Shown here piece by piece: positions 29,378 through 38,760 of a stretch of 52,751 bases of DNA. Position 1 is the stretch's first letter. Every line of letters starts with the position of its first letter. The notes under the pieces are model-generated. The model saw only the letters and a program-made list of their open reading frames with translations. It was not told where the DNA came from and did no database searches. The position numbers and the translations under genes were made by a program. This DNA comes from Candidatus Eiseniibacteriota bacterium (GTDB lineage Bacteria > Eisenbacteria > RBG-16-71-46), in contig JBGPFC010000029.1 of assembly GCA_041483195.1 (NCBI GenBank), positions 1 to 52,751 on the forward strand, given 5' to 3'.

Positions 29378-32181
29378 GCCCGCGCAAGATCGTCGTAGGC
29401 CCGACGGCCGCCGAGCTGCGGATGCGCACCCAGCTCGATCTCTCGCGACGTGAGGTGGCCCGGCTGAAGAAGCTGGTGGAGGGCGCAGCGCTCCAGGCCG
29501 GGGTCGTCGCCGCGGCCGCCGAGGCCGCGGACGTCGCAGAGGCCGCCGAGGCCGCGGACGCCGCGGAGGCCACAGCGGCCATGGAGGCCGCCGCCGATGC
29601 CGAGGCCGCAGCGGCCGCCGCGCTCGAAGGCGGGGCCGACGCCGAGACCGCGGAGGCCGAGGCGGCCTCGGCGGCGAGCGCCGTCTCCTCCTCCGGCCAC
29701 GAGCTCGAATCGCTGAGGCGGCAGGTCGCGGAGCTGTCGCGCACCAAGACCCGGCTGTCGCGCCTCTACTTCAGCCAGGTCGAGGAGAATCGCAAGCGCG
29801 CGCTGAAACTCCACGAGATCCTGGAGAACATCAGCCGGATCAATTCCGAGCTCGACCTCGACATTCTGCTCGGCCGCCTGGCCGAGACGATGCGTTCGAG
29901 CCTGGGATTTCGCATCGTGCTGCTCCGCATTCGCGAGCCCGGGACCAACCGGCTGCGGGCGCGGGCGTTTGCCGGGCTCGACGAGGCGGCGCGCGGCACG
30001 CTCTCCGCCGAGGACGTGCTGGTCGAGGACTTCCTCTCCTGGCTGCGCGACGAGTTCAAGGTGAGCCGCAGCTACCTCATCAGCCACCGCCACGAGTTCA
30101 ATCGGGAGCTGGTCGGCTACACCCCCGATCTGGGAGAGCGGGAGGAATGGGAGTGGCACAAGGACGACATGCTGCTGGTGCCGATCTGGAACCGCACCGG
30201 CGAGCTGGTCGCGTACTTCTCGGTGGACGATCCGGAGGACCGGCTGGTCCCGTCACGCGAGTCGATCGAGCTGCTCGAGATCTTCGGCAATCACGCGGGG
30301 GTCGCGATCGAGAACGCGCGCCTCTACCAGCAGCTCGAGCAGCACGGCCGCGACCTCGAGGCCGCCGGCCAGCGCATGCAGGAGATGCACGCCCTCAAGA
30401 GCAACTTCATCTCGACCGTGTCCCACGAGCTGCGCACGCCGCTCACCGCGATCCGCGCCTACGTCGACACGCTGCTCTCGGCCCGCGACGGGGAGGTGCC
30501 GTTCGGCCAGACGCAGCGCTTCCTCGGCATCATCAACGAGGAGAGCCAGCGCCTGGCCCGGCTGATCGAGTCGATGCTCGACCTCAACCGCTTCGACTCC
30601 GGGACCATGCGCCTCGCCCGGCAGCCGATCGAGCTCGCCGAGGTCATCGAGGACGCCGCGCGTCTGCTCCAGCCGGTGGCCGAGGCGGGGCAGGTTGATC
30701 TCAAGGTGCAAAACGACGCGGCCGATACCCGCATGGACGCAGATCGCGACCAGATGAAGCAACTTGCACTGCATCTGGGAAGCAACGCGGTCAAGTTCAC
30801 GCCTCCCGGGGGGTCGGTGACGCTCCGGCTCAGCGGAGACGCGCGCGATGTGACGCTTCAAGTCGAGGATACCGGCATCGGGATCCCGGAACCGCTGCTG
30901 GAAAAGATATTCGAGCGCTTCTATCAGGTGGACTCTTCGCTGATCCGGCGCTTCGGCGGGACCGGATTGGGTCTCGCCATCTGCAAGTCGATCGTGGAGT
31001 GGCATGGCGGGCGGGTGTTCGCGGAGAGCACGCCCGGAGTGGGTTCGCGTTTCACCGTGGTGCTGCCGCGCCGAACCGGTCCGCGCGTCACGGTGCGGCC
31101 GAATCCGCAACTGCAGCCCGCGACCGAGGACGTGTTGAAGCTCGCGATCGAGATGGTGGCCGAAGTGATGAACGCACGGGTGGTCTCGCTGCTCACGCCC
31201 GGCCAGGACGGAGATCTCGTGGTGCAGGCGGCGCTGGGACTCGACGAACAGGTGGTGCGCGAGGCCTCGATCAAGCCCGGTCGCGGGGTGGCGGGCTGGG
31301 TGGCGCAGCATCGCCGCCCGGTGTGCGTTTCCGGCGGGGACGAGCGGCGTGAAGTGGCGGGTTCGGGGCGTGAGGGCTATCGCACCGGAACGTTTCTCTC
31401 GGTGCCGCTGGAGGGCGAGTCCGGACTGCTCGGAGTCTTGAGCGTCACGGATCCGGTCTCCGAGAAACCGTTCGACGCGGAGGACTGCCACCTCCTGCTC
31501 CACCTCGCCGAACGGGTGGGCGCGGCGTGGGAGCAGGCGCAGGCCATGGAACACTCGCGGTCGCACGTCGAGGGCACTGCGCGCGCGCTGCGCGGCGTGC
31601 TCGAGCACCTCGATCGCAGCCGGCGCAGCGCGCCCGATCGCGTGCGCCTGGCGCGCGCGACCGCGCGCGAGCTCGGGCTGCCGGAGGCGGAGGTCGGGGT
31701 CATCAGCTTCGCGGCCAGCATCCACGACGTGGGAATGGCCAGCCTCGGCGAGAAGATCACGGAGAATCCGAGCACGCTCTCGCCCGATGAGCAGGAGGCG
31801 CTGGAGCGTCATCCGGAGCGCGGAGCCGAGCTGTTGCGGCCGCTCGAGACCATGGGAGTCGTGCGCGACGTGGTGCTCTCCCATCACGAGTGGTGGGACG
31901 GCAGCGGGTATCCGCGCGGGATCGCGGGCGAGGCCATCCCGATCGGCGGGCGCATCCTGGCCGTGGTCGACGCGTTCGAGAGCATGATCATCGGCCGCGC
32001 CCACCGCGAGATGCTCTCGCCCGAGGACGCGCTCGCGGAGCTGCGGCTGCGGCAGGGCACGCAATTCGATCCGGCGGTGGTCGAGGTATTCGGCCGCGCC
32101 TGGATCGAGGTCGAAAAGCAACGGACCCCATCGGCTCCCGATTCGTGGGAGCACGCGACGACGATCGAAGGAGGTGAGTGA
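29374..32181 (+). CDS. Coiled coil-GAF-HisKA-HATPase-GAF-HD-GYP hybrid protein (paralog)
   Basis: VSHELRTPL, NAVKF, DTGIGI, GTGLGL; HDVGM, HHEWWDGSGYP; GTGA overlap with upstream gene. Confidence 0.9.
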   Translation: MSPRKIVVGPTAAELRMRTQLDLSRREVARLKKLVEGAALQAGVVAAAAEAADVAEAAEAADAAEATAAMEAAADAEAAAAAALEGGADAETAEAEAASAASAVSSSGHELESLRRQVAELSRTKTRLSRLYFSQVEENRKRALKLHEILENISRINSELDLDILLGRLAETMRSSLGFRIVLLRIREPGTNRLRARAFAGLDEAARGTLSAEDVLVEDFLSWLRDEFKVSRSYLISHRHEFNRELVGYTPDLGEREEWEWHKDDMLLVPIWNRTGELVAYFSVDDPEDRLVPSRESIELLEIFGNHAGVAIENARLYQQLEQHGRDLEAAGQRMQEMHALKSNFISTVSHELRTPLTAIRAYVDTLLSARDGEVPFGQTQRFLGIINEESQRLARLIESMLDLNRFDSGTMRLARQPIELAEVIEDAARLLQPVAEAGQVDLKVQNDAADTRMDADRDQMKQLALHLGSNAVKFTPPGGSVTLRLSGDARDVTLQVEDTGIGIPEPLLEKIFERFYQVDSSLIRRFGGTGLGLAICKSIVEWHGGRVFAESTPGVGSRFTVVLPRRTGPRVTVRPNPQLQPATEDVLKLAIEMVAEVMNARVVSLLTPGQDGDLVVQAALGLDEQVVREASIKPGRGVAGWVAQHRRPVCVSGGDERREVAGSGREGYRTGTFLSVPLEGESGLLGVLSVTDPVSEKPFDAEDCHLLLHLAERVGAAWEQAQAMEHSRSHVEGTARALRGVLEHLDRSRRSAPDRVRLARATARELGLPEAEVGVISFAASIHDVGMASLGEKITENPSTLSPDEQEALERHPERGAELLRPLETMGVVRDVVLSHHEWWDGSGYPRGIAGEAIPIGGRILAVVDAFESMIIGRAHREMLSPEDALAELRLRQGTQFDPAVVEVFGRAWIEVEKQRTPSAPDSWEHATTIEGGE

Positions 32182-32182
32182 C

Positions 32183-32578
32183 ATGGCGAAAGGCAAGATC
32201 CTGGTGGTGGACGACGAGATCTACATCGTCCATATCCTGGACTTCAGCCTGGGCATGGAGGGCTACGAGGTGCTGACCGCGCTCGACGGCGAGCAGGCGC
32301 TCGAGAAGGCGCGCGCCGAGCATCCCGATCTCATCGTGCTCGACATCATGATGCCGAAGCTCGACGGCTACGAGACCTGCAAGCTCCTGAAGTCGGAGGA
32401 GGGGACCCGCGGCATTCCGGTCATCCTGCTCTCCGCGAAGGGGCGCAACGTCGATCAGAAGATCGGGTTCGAAGTCGGAGCCGACGACTACATCACGAAG
32501 CCTTTCAGTCCCCGCAAGCTGGTCGAGCGCATCAACGCGATTCTCGGCCAGACCAGCTCCCACCGCATGCAGGCCTGA
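32183..32578 (+). CDS. Single-domain response regulator
   Basis: VVDDE, VLDIMMP, LLSAK and YITKPF; AAGGAGG RBS. Confidence 0.93.
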   Translation: MAKGKILVVDDEIYIVHILDFSLGMEGYEVLTALDGEQALEKARAEHPDLIVLDIMMPKLDGYETCKLLKSEEGTRGIPVILLSAKGRNVDQKIGFEVGADDYITKPFSPRKLVERINAILGQTSSHRMQA

Positions 32579-32580
32579 GC

Positions 32581-32614
32581 CCCCGTCCACGCATCCTCTG
32601 CGTATCGACGGGGG
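32581..32614 (+). terminator. Hairpin after the signalling operon
   Basis: CCCCGTC...GACGGGG outer stem with ACGCA/TGCGT inner stem; no U-tract. Confidence 0.4.
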
Positions 32615-32814
32615 CCGGCCGGCAGGTGGCGCCGCGTATTGCCGCCAGCTGCCCGCTCCGCCTCCTCGTCAGGTCCCACCGTCGCGCCGGATCGCATGGT
32701 CCGAAGTTTCGCTTGCCGTGGGAGAGTCCGCGCCGCACTCTGAGCTCCGCGACACGCCTGCCGTCCCAGACCCCTCGCGAAGCTTCGCGCCGATCGCGCC
32801 ACTCAGGCCACCCC

Positions 32815-34815
32815 ATGTCCTTCGCCGAAATCGCGCTGCCGCTCCCGCTGCGGCAAACGTTCACCTACCGCATCCCGATCGCGCTCGCTGGCGCGGTGAG
32901 GCCCGGCGCACAGGTGCAGGTTCCCTTTCGCGGCGGCACGAAGCGCGGATTCGTCGTGGCGCTCGCCGGCGAGTGCGCGCTCGAGAGCGTGCGTGAGATC
33001 GCGGGCGTGCTGCCGGTGGCGCCGGTCTCGCCGCATCTGCTCGGCCTCGCGCGCTGGATCGCTGAGTACTATCTCGCGCCGCCGGGCGAGGTGCTGGCGG
33101 CGATGCTCCCGGGCGGGCTCGAGGGATTCGCCGGCAGCCGGGCGCGGCGCGGCGCGCTCGAGGATCCGGTGGTGCCGCTCGCCCTGCCGGAGCGCTTCGT
33201 GCTCACGGCCGGGCAGAAGGCCGCGGCCGCCGCGGTCGAGGCCGCGGTGCGGCGCGGGTCGTTCGCGCCGCTGCTGCTGCACGGCGTGACCGCCAGCGGC
33301 AAGACCGAGGTCTATCTGCGAGGCGCCGCGGCCGCCCGCGAGGCGGGCGGGCAGACGCTGCTGCTGGTGCCCGAGGTGGCGCTCGGCGGCCAGCTGGTGC
33401 GGGAGTTCACGCGCCGCTTCGGCGCCCGCGTCGGCGTGCTCCATTCCTATCTCGGCGTCGGCGAGCGCCGCCGCAACTGGGAGCTCGCGAGCCGCGGCGC
33501 GCTCGATGTCGTGGTGGGCGCGCGCTCCGCGGTGTTCGCGCCGCTGCCGCGGCTCGGGCTCATCGTCGTCGACGAAGAGCACGAGCCCGCCTACAAGCAG
33601 AGCGAGCAGCTGCGCTACCACGGCCGCGACGTCGCGGTGCGGCGCGCGCAGCTGCTCGGCATTCCCGTGGTGCTGGGCTCCGCGACCCCCAGCCTCGAGT
33701 CGCAGGCCAACGCCGCACGCGGCAAGTACGCGATGGTCCGGCTCCCGCACCGCATCGACCGCCGCGCGATGCCGCGGGTGCGGATCGTGGATCTCACCCG
33801 CGAGGGCACGAGCGACGCGCTGCTCTCCCGCGCGTTGCGCGAGGCGCTGCGCGCGCGGCTCGAGCGTGGCGAGCAGGCGCTGCTGTTCCTGAACCGCCGC
33901 GGCCACTCGCACTACACGCAGTGCCGCGCGTGCGGCTGGGTGCCGGAATGCCCGGACTGCGACATCGCGCTCACGCTCCATCTCGCGCCGCGCACCTGGC
34001 GCTGTCACTACTGCGATCATCGCCAGCCGGCGGGCGCGCAGTGCCCGAAATGCTCCGCGGCGCTGCTGCGGTTCGGCGGCGCCGGCACGCAGCGCGCGGA
34101 ACGCGAGCTGCGCGCGGCATTTCCGCAGGCGCGCGTGCTGCGGCTCGACACCGATGTCGCACGCGAGCGCGCGCGCCCCGCCGAGATCCTCGCGGCCTTC
34201 GCGCGCGGCGAGGCCGACGTGCTGCTCGGCACCCAGATGATCGCGAAGGGCTTCGATTTTCCGCGCGTCACGCTGGTCGGCGTGCTCGACGCCGACGTGG
34301 CCCTGCACCTGCCGGACTTTCGCGCGGCGGAACGAACCTGGCAGCTGCTGGTGCAGGTCGCCGGGCGCTCGGGCCGCGGCGCGATCGCGGGCGAGGTGCT
34401 GATCCAGACCTGCACCCCCGAGCATCCCGCGATCGCGGCCGCCACGCTCTCGGACGATCGCGGCTTCGTTGAGCGCGAGCTCGCGGTGCGGCGGGAGGCT
34501 GGCTATCCGCCCTACACGCGGCTCGCCGCCGTTCTGTTCTCGGGCAAGCGGGAGAGCGACGTGGAGGCGATCGCGACGCGGGTGGCCGGCGCGCTGCGCG
34601 CGGACCCCGCGCTCGAGGGCGTCGAGGTGCTGGGTCCCGCGCCGCAGGCGCTCGCGCGGCTGCGCGGCCAGCACCGCTGGCATCTGCTGCTCAAGGCGAC
34701 GCACGCGGCGCGGGTGCGCGCCGCGGCCGCGCGCGCGCTCGATGCCGCTGAAGCCGAGCCCCGGCCGCGCCGGGTGCGCGTCATCGCGGACGTGGATCCG
34801 GTCGAGGTGCTCTAG
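32815..34815 (+). CDS. priA: Primosomal protein N' (replication restart helicase)
   Basis: GVTASGKTEVY, VDEEHE, GSATPS, NRRG, four CxxC pairs, GTQMIAKG and DVDP. Confidence 0.96.
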   Translation: MSFAEIALPLPLRQTFTYRIPIALAGAVRPGAQVQVPFRGGTKRGFVVALAGECALESVREIAGVLPVAPVSPHLLGLARWIAEYYLAPPGEVLAAMLPGGLEGFAGSRARRGALEDPVVPLALPERFVLTAGQKAAAAAVEAAVRRGSFAPLLLHGVTASGKTEVYLRGAAAAREAGGQTLLLVPEVALGGQLVREFTRRFGARVGVLHSYLGVGERRRNWELASRGALDVVVGARSAVFAPLPRLGLIVVDEEHEPAYKQSEQLRYHGRDVAVRRAQLLGIPVVLGSATPSLESQANAARGKYAMVRLPHRIDRRAMPRVRIVDLTREGTSDALLSRALREALRARLERGEQALLFLNRRGHSHYTQCRACGWVPECPDCDIALTLHLAPRTWRCHYCDHRQPAGAQCPKCSAALLRFGGAGTQRAERELRAAFPQARVLRLDTDVARERARPAEILAAFARGEADVLLGTQMIAKGFDFPRVTLVGVLDADVALHLPDFRAAERTWQLLVQVAGRSGRGAIAGEVLIQTCTPEHPAIAAATLSDDRGFVERELAVRREAGYPPYTRLAAVLFSGKRESDVEAIATRVAGALRADPALEGVEVLGPAPQALARLRGQHRWHLLLKATHAARVRAAAARALDAAEAEPRPRRVRVIADVDPVEVL

Positions 34816-34917
34816 CGCCGGCCGCCGCGTCGCCGGCGCGTCACGCCGTGGCGCGCGTGACGCAGTCGCCGCCGCATGTCAGGGCCGGGTCACGCGGATC
34901 GGACGCGGGCTTCCGGC

Positions 34918-34947
34918 TTGACGCATCGCGAGTTGCGGGCCTAGAGT
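34918..34947 (+). promoter_or_regulatory. Putative sigma70-type promoter TTGACG-N18-TAGAGT
   Basis: Direct sequence match upstream of the HD-domain gene. Confidence 0.55.
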
Positions 34948-34984
34948 CGCCCCACTTTCCGCACCTCCGCCGCAGCGTTCACGC

Positions 34985-35000
34985 TGGCACTCTTCCCGCA
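34985..35000 (+). promoter_or_regulatory. Possible second sigma54-like site
   Basis: TGGCACTCTTCCCGCA has GG-N10-GC spacing but CCGC instead of TTGC. Confidence 0.3.
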
Positions 35001-35063
35001 TTGCAAGGTGGTCCCATGAGCCAACGATCGTCGAGCCATCGCAGCGCCTCGGGAGGTGCGACC

Positions 35064-35753
35064 GTGCCCGGTCTCACCGCAGAGGCGTCGACCCTCATCA
35101 CGTTCGAGGGTGTGCGGCAACACGTGCGCGTCGGCTTCTACGTGCGCAAGGCCGACGAGGCGCTCGCCGAGATCGGATACACCGAGCACGGCGAGCGTCA
35201 CGTCGGGCTGGTGAGCCGCATCGCGTTCAACGTCCTCAAGCGCCTGGGCTACCCGGAGCGCACCTGCGAGCTGGCCGCGATCGCCGGGTACCTCCACGAC
35301 ATCGGCAACGCCGTCAACCGCGACCATCACGCGCAGACCGGGGCGGTCATGGCGATGCAGCTGCTGAGCGACATGGGGATGCCCGACGAGGAGATCCTCC
35401 AGGTGATCGGCGCGATCGGCAACCACCACGAGAACGACGGCGATCCGGTGAGCGCGGTGGCGGCGGCCGTGATCATGGCCGACAAGAGCGACGTGCATCG
35501 CACCCGCGTGCGCAATCCCGACATGATCAAGTTCGACGTGCACGACCGCGTGAACTACGCGGTGCAGAAGAGCTTCCTGAACGTTGACGAGGCCGGCAAG
35601 CAGATCACGCTGGAGCTGACCATCGACACCGAGATCTCGCAGGTCATGGAGTACTTCGAAATCTTCATGACCCGCATGCTGGCATCGCGCAAGGCAGCCA
35701 AATTCCTGGGCGCGTCGTTCGGCCTGATGGTGAACGGCAACCGCCTTACCTGA
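35064..35753 (+). CDS. HD domain metal-dependent phosphohydrolase
   Basis: YTEHGERH, LHDIGN, IGNHHE, ADKSD, HDRVNY; GGGAGG upstream of GTG 35064 (alternative ATG 35016). Confidence 0.88.
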   Translation: MPGLTAEASTLITFEGVRQHVRVGFYVRKADEALAEIGYTEHGERHVGLVSRIAFNVLKRLGYPERTCELAAIAGYLHDIGNAVNRDHHAQTGAVMAMQLLSDMGMPDEEILQVIGAIGNHHENDGDPVSAVAAAVIMADKSDVHRTRVRNPDMIKFDVHDRVNYAVQKSFLNVDEAGKQITLELTIDTEISQVMEYFEIFMTRMLASRKAAKFLGASFGLMVNGNRLT

Positions 35754-35768
35754 GCAAGGAGGGGTTTC

Positions 35769-37220
35769 GTGAGATTCCGTGCGATCGCGATCGGCGCCAC
35801 CCTGGCGGCGCTCTGCACCCTGCTCGCGTTCGGTGTGGCGCTCGCCCGCAATCCGCACTGCGCCGGAGGGATTCAATACGTCGTCGGCGGCCTGCGGGAC
35901 AAGGACAAGGGCAACACCGAGGACTACATGCGGCAGATGCTGAAGGCGGTGGACCAGCTCTCGCAATGCGCCTCGGAGGATCCGGCCGATCTCGAGGCGC
36001 TCGGCTACCTGGGATGGGCTTACGCCGAGATCGACAGCGCGGAGCCCGCCGGCGTCGCGTTCGCGAAGGCGATCGAGGGGCTGGGGGCGAAGGGTGACAA
36101 GAAGAAGCGGGACATCGTCGTCAACAATCGCGACTCCTACTGGGCGAACGCCCTGAACGACGGCATCGCCAAGATCAACGCGGCGCAGGCCGCGTATCCC
36201 GAGTTCACGAAGAAGCCCGAGAACGAGGCGGACGAGACGCTGAAGGGCGAGGCGGCCAAGCGCTATCAGGAGGCGATCGTGAGCCTGACCCGCGCCTCGC
36301 TGCTGCGCCCGGGCGAGCCGCAGACCATGCGCACGCTCGGCTCGGTCCACGCGTTCATGGGCGATTACCCGACGGCCGAGGCGGTGTTCCGCGCCGGGCT
36401 CAAGGCCGCGCCAGACGACACGACCCTCAAGTCCTCGCTGCGCGCGGTGCGCGTCAACTACGCGAACCAGCTCAACGAGCAGAAGCGCTACGACGACGCG
36501 ATCGGCTACTTCGGAGAGCTGGTGCTGGTCGAGCCGCAGAATCCCGATCTCTTCCTAGGCCTCGGGAGCGCGTACTTCAGCCGCGCGCAGACCAAGGAGG
36601 GCGATGCGCGCAAGGCGGATTTCCTGCAGGCCGGAAAGGCCTACCAGAAGGCGGGCGAGCTGAAGCCCGACGATCCCGATCCGCCGTTCAACGGCGCGCT
36701 CGCCTATCAGAGCGCGGGCGAGAACGCGCTCGCCGAGACGCAGTGGCGCGCCTCGCTCAAGATCCGGCCGGACGACGGCGACACGCGATCGGCGCTGGCC
36801 GGCACGCTCGCCGAGCTGGGCAAGTTCGACGAAGCGGTGCGCGTGCTGAGCGAGGCGGTGGCTGCGGATCCCGGGAACAAGAAGCTCCACCGCCAGATGG
36901 GCGGGGTGTACAGCAAGGCCGGCAACAATCCGAAGGCGACCGAAGAGCTGATGATGTACCTCGCGCTTCAGAACGGGACTCCGGTCGCGGACCCGGCGGT
37001 GGCCTCGCGAGGCGCCGCGCCCGGCAGCGACGCCGCCAAGACGCTGGCGAGCATGGGCCCTCCGGAGCAGCTCAACCCGTGGGAAGCGCAGGGCGAGAAG
37101 TACCAGAGCTGGTTCTACTGGGCGAAGAAGCAGGCGTATCACTTCAAGAGCGGCGCGCTCGCCGTGAAGTCCGACTGGGGTGGCGCCCCCGCCGCGGTTC
37201 CCGCTCCGAAGAAGAAGTAG
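35769..37220 (+). CDS. Secreted tetratricopeptide repeat protein
   Basis: AAGGAGG RBS; signal peptide; multiple TPR-like repeats ending in P-D/N turns. Confidence 0.85.
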   Translation: MRFRAIAIGATLAALCTLLAFGVALARNPHCAGGIQYVVGGLRDKDKGNTEDYMRQMLKAVDQLSQCASEDPADLEALGYLGWAYAEIDSAEPAGVAFAKAIEGLGAKGDKKKRDIVVNNRDSYWANALNDGIAKINAAQAAYPEFTKKPENEADETLKGEAAKRYQEAIVSLTRASLLRPGEPQTMRTLGSVHAFMGDYPTAEAVFRAGLKAAPDDTTLKSSLRAVRVNYANQLNEQKRYDDAIGYFGELVLVEPQNPDLFLGLGSAYFSRAQTKEGDARKADFLQAGKAYQKAGELKPDDPDPPFNGALAYQSAGENALAETQWRASLKIRPDDGDTRSALAGTLAELGKFDEAVRVLSEAVAADPGNKKLHRQMGGVYSKAGNNPKATEELMMYLALQNGTPVADPAVASRGAAPGSDAAKTLASMGPPEQLNPWEAQGEKYQSWFYWAKKQAYHFKSGALAVKSDWGGAPAAVPAPKKK

Positions 37221-37310
37221 CCGGACGCGCATCGCCATGACGCCGCGCGAGCTCCTCCCGGGAGACGCGCGGCGTTCGTGCGCCGGAGCCGGACGGGGAG
37301 ATTCTCCGCG

Positions 37311-38270
37311 ATGAGCGACCGGCTGCGCTCGGCCCCAATTGCGATCCTCGGCTTCGGCAATCAGGGCGAGGCTCAGGCCCTGAACCTGCGCGACGCCGGC
37401 CTCGACGTGATCGTCGGCGCGCGCGCGGGGGGAGGCGCCGAGGCGCGCGCGCGCGCATCGGGCTTCGAGACCCTGACGCTCGCGGCGGCGGCGGGCCGCG
37501 CAGCGGTGATCGCCGTGCTGTTGCCGGACGAGGCGGTGCGCGAGGTCTGGGGCGCGATCGTTCCCGCGCTGCGTCCCGATGCCGGGCTGGTCTTCGCGCA
37601 CGGATTCAATCTGCTCTATGGCGACCTCGCGATCCCCGAGCGCGCGGACGTCGTGCTGGTCGCGCCCACCGCGCCGGGACGCGTGCTGCGCTCGACCTTC
37701 GCCCGCGGCGATCGGCTGCCGGCCTACGTGGCGATTCATCGCGACGGGAGCGGCGGCGCGCGCGCGCTCGCCGAAGCCTACGCCGGGCGGCTCGGGTGCG
37801 CGCCGCTGTGGCGCACGACGGTGCGCGAGGAGACCGAGGTGGATCTGTTCGGCGAACAGGTGGTGCTGTGCGGTGGCCTGCTCGCGCTCACCCTGACCGC
37901 GTTCGAGACGCTGGTCTCGAGCGGCTACTCGCCCGAGATCGCCTACCTCGAGTGCGTCCACCAGCTCAAGTACCTCGCGGACCTGCTTCACGAACGCGGA
38001 CCGGCCGGATTCCTCGACGGCATCAGCGGCACGGCGCGCTACGGAGCCGCGACGCGCGGGGAGCGCGTGATCGGCGCGCCATCGCGCCAGGCCATGCGGG
38101 CGATCCTCGACGAGATCCGCAGCGGCGCGTTCGCACGTGAGTGGTCGAGCGAAATCGACGCGGGGCGGCCGCGGATGGGAGCGCTGACGCGAGATCTCGC
38201 GGCCCATCCCATCGAGGCGGCGAGGCGGCGGGCACTGATCCCGGAGGGTGGCTCCGCCGGGCCCGAATGA
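37311..38270 (+). CDS. ilvC: Ketol-acid reductoisomerase-like protein (divergent)
   Basis: GFGNQG...ALNLRDAG, LPDE, FAHGFN, ETEVDLFGEQVVLCGG, PEIAYLEC. Confidence 0.85.
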   Translation: MSDRLRSAPIAILGFGNQGEAQALNLRDAGLDVIVGARAGGGAEARARASGFETLTLAAAAGRAAVIAVLLPDEAVREVWGAIVPALRPDAGLVFAHGFNLLYGDLAIPERADVVLVAPTAPGRVLRSTFARGDRLPAYVAIHRDGSGGARALAEAYAGRLGCAPLWRTTVREETEVDLFGEQVVLCGGLLALTLTAFETLVSSGYSPEIAYLECVHQLKYLADLLHERGPAGFLDGISGTARYGAATRGERVIGAPSRQAMRAILDEIRSGAFAREWSSEIDAGRPRMGALTRDLAAHPIEAARRRALIPEGGSAGPE

Positions 38271-38290
38271 GAATCGTGCAACGCCTTGTC

Positions 38291-38330
38291 CAAAAACTGA
38301 TTGACAGCTTTTCCGAAGGCTTGTTAGCCT
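38291..38330 (+). promoter_or_regulatory. Sigma70-type promoter TTGACA-N18-TAGCCT with A-tract
   Basis: CAAAAACTGA-TTGACA; extended -10 TGnTAGCCT upstream of the HU gene. Confidence 0.7.
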
Positions 38331-38401
38331 GCGCTCACGTGGTTGAATGGTGAGGCTGCGGACCGGGCCCCGCGGCTTCGAGCGGTGCTAAGGAGGGCGT
38401 G

Positions 38402-38680
38402 ATGACGAAAGCCGATATCGTGGATCAGATTGCGGAGCGCACGGGGCTCACGAAGAAGGACGTCGCCGAGACGGTGGATTCTTTCCTGAATGCCGTGGCG
38501 CGGGCGCTCGCGAATGGTCACCACATCGAGATCCGCGGTTTCGGCACGTTTCGCGTGAAGGACCGCAAGTCCCGCATCGCCCGCAATCCGCGCACCGGCG
38601 ACGCGGTGCCGGTCCCGCCGCGCAAGGTGCCGGTGTTCAAGGTGTCGAAGGAGCTGAAGGACATGGTCGCGCAGGGCTGA
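38402..38680 (+). CDS. HU/IHF family DNA-binding protein
   Basis: MTKADIV, IRGFGTF, ARNPRTG, PVFKVSKELK; AAGGAGG RBS. Confidence 0.95.
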   Translation: MTKADIVDQIAERTGLTKKDVAETVDSFLNAVARALANGHHIEIRGFGTFRVKDRKSRIARNPRTGDAVPVPPRKVPVFKVSKELKDMVAQG

Positions 38681-38703
38681 CGCCGGGGCGGCGGCCGAAA
38701 CGA

Positions 38704-38743
38704 TTCGGGGTGGGAGCGTCGCGCTCCCACCCCGAACTGTTTT
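38704..38743. terminator. Intrinsic terminator between convergent genes
   Basis: 15-bp stem TTCGGGGTGGGAGCG-tcg-CGCTCCCACCCCGAA followed by CTGTTTT. Confidence 0.8.
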
Positions 38744-38760
38744 CCGGCGCACGCCCCGCC

